DNA of 64,000 nucleotides from Escherichia coli (GTDB lineage Bacteria; Pseudomonadota; Gammaproteobacteria; Enterobacterales; Enterobacteriaceae): NCBI RefSeq assembly GCF_051903065.1, contig NZ_CP178438.1; one strand, 5' to 3'. Shown piece by piece: positions 61,483 to 64,000 of this stretch (position 1 is its first letter; each line of letters starts with the position of its first letter). The notes under the pieces were generated by a model. It saw only the letters and a program-made list of their open reading frames with translations, ran no database searches and was not told where the DNA came from. The position numbers and the translations under genes were made by a program.

Positions 61483-64000
<2,518 letters not shown>

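Overview
The window reads as an Escherichia coli-type chromosomal segment, collinear (from memory of K-12 MG1655 gene order, not a database search) with yaiV-ampH-sbmA-yaiW-yaiY-yaiZ-ddlA-iraP-phoA-psiF-dgcC-proC-yaiI-aroL-yaiA-aroM-ppnP // rdgC-mak-araJ-sbcCD-phoBR-brnQ-proY-malZ // acpH-queA-tgt-yajC-secDF-yajD-tsx-yajI-nrdR-ribD-ribE-nusB-thiL-pgpA // yajO-dxs-ispA-xseB-thiI-yajL-panE-yajQ-yajR // cyoE-cyoD-cyoC-cyoB(partial). Most ORF-track entries are core housekeeping genes; several carry spurious 5' extensions from upstream alternative starts, which I trimmed, and the many antisense ORFs inside genes are rejected. No rRNA, tRNA or CRISPR array was seen. Four AT-rich blocks (//) interrupt the backbone at intergenic sites and hold the candidates for anything new: (1) 13.7-17.4 kb, a gene for a ~760-aa signal-peptide-bearing repeat protein split by a complete IS1 (768 bp, 9-bp target duplication, frame restorable) plus a translationally coupled 151-aa ORF; (2) 32.7-34.2 kb, a lone 461-aa ORF of unknown function; (3) 46.8-48.8 kb, a 523-aa pentapeptide-repeat protein with an N-terminal WxKIxxFF motif, resembling SopD/PipB2/EspY-type type III effectors; (4) 58.2-60.6 kb, a Sel1-repeat exported protein beside a GNAT-toxin/RHH-antitoxin pair with an operator-like promoter. 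Recognisable regulatory sites include Pho boxes (phoA, phoB), TyrR/TrpR operators (aroL), REP elements and several intrinsic terminators. All homology statements rest on recognising sequences and motifs by eye; none is a database result.
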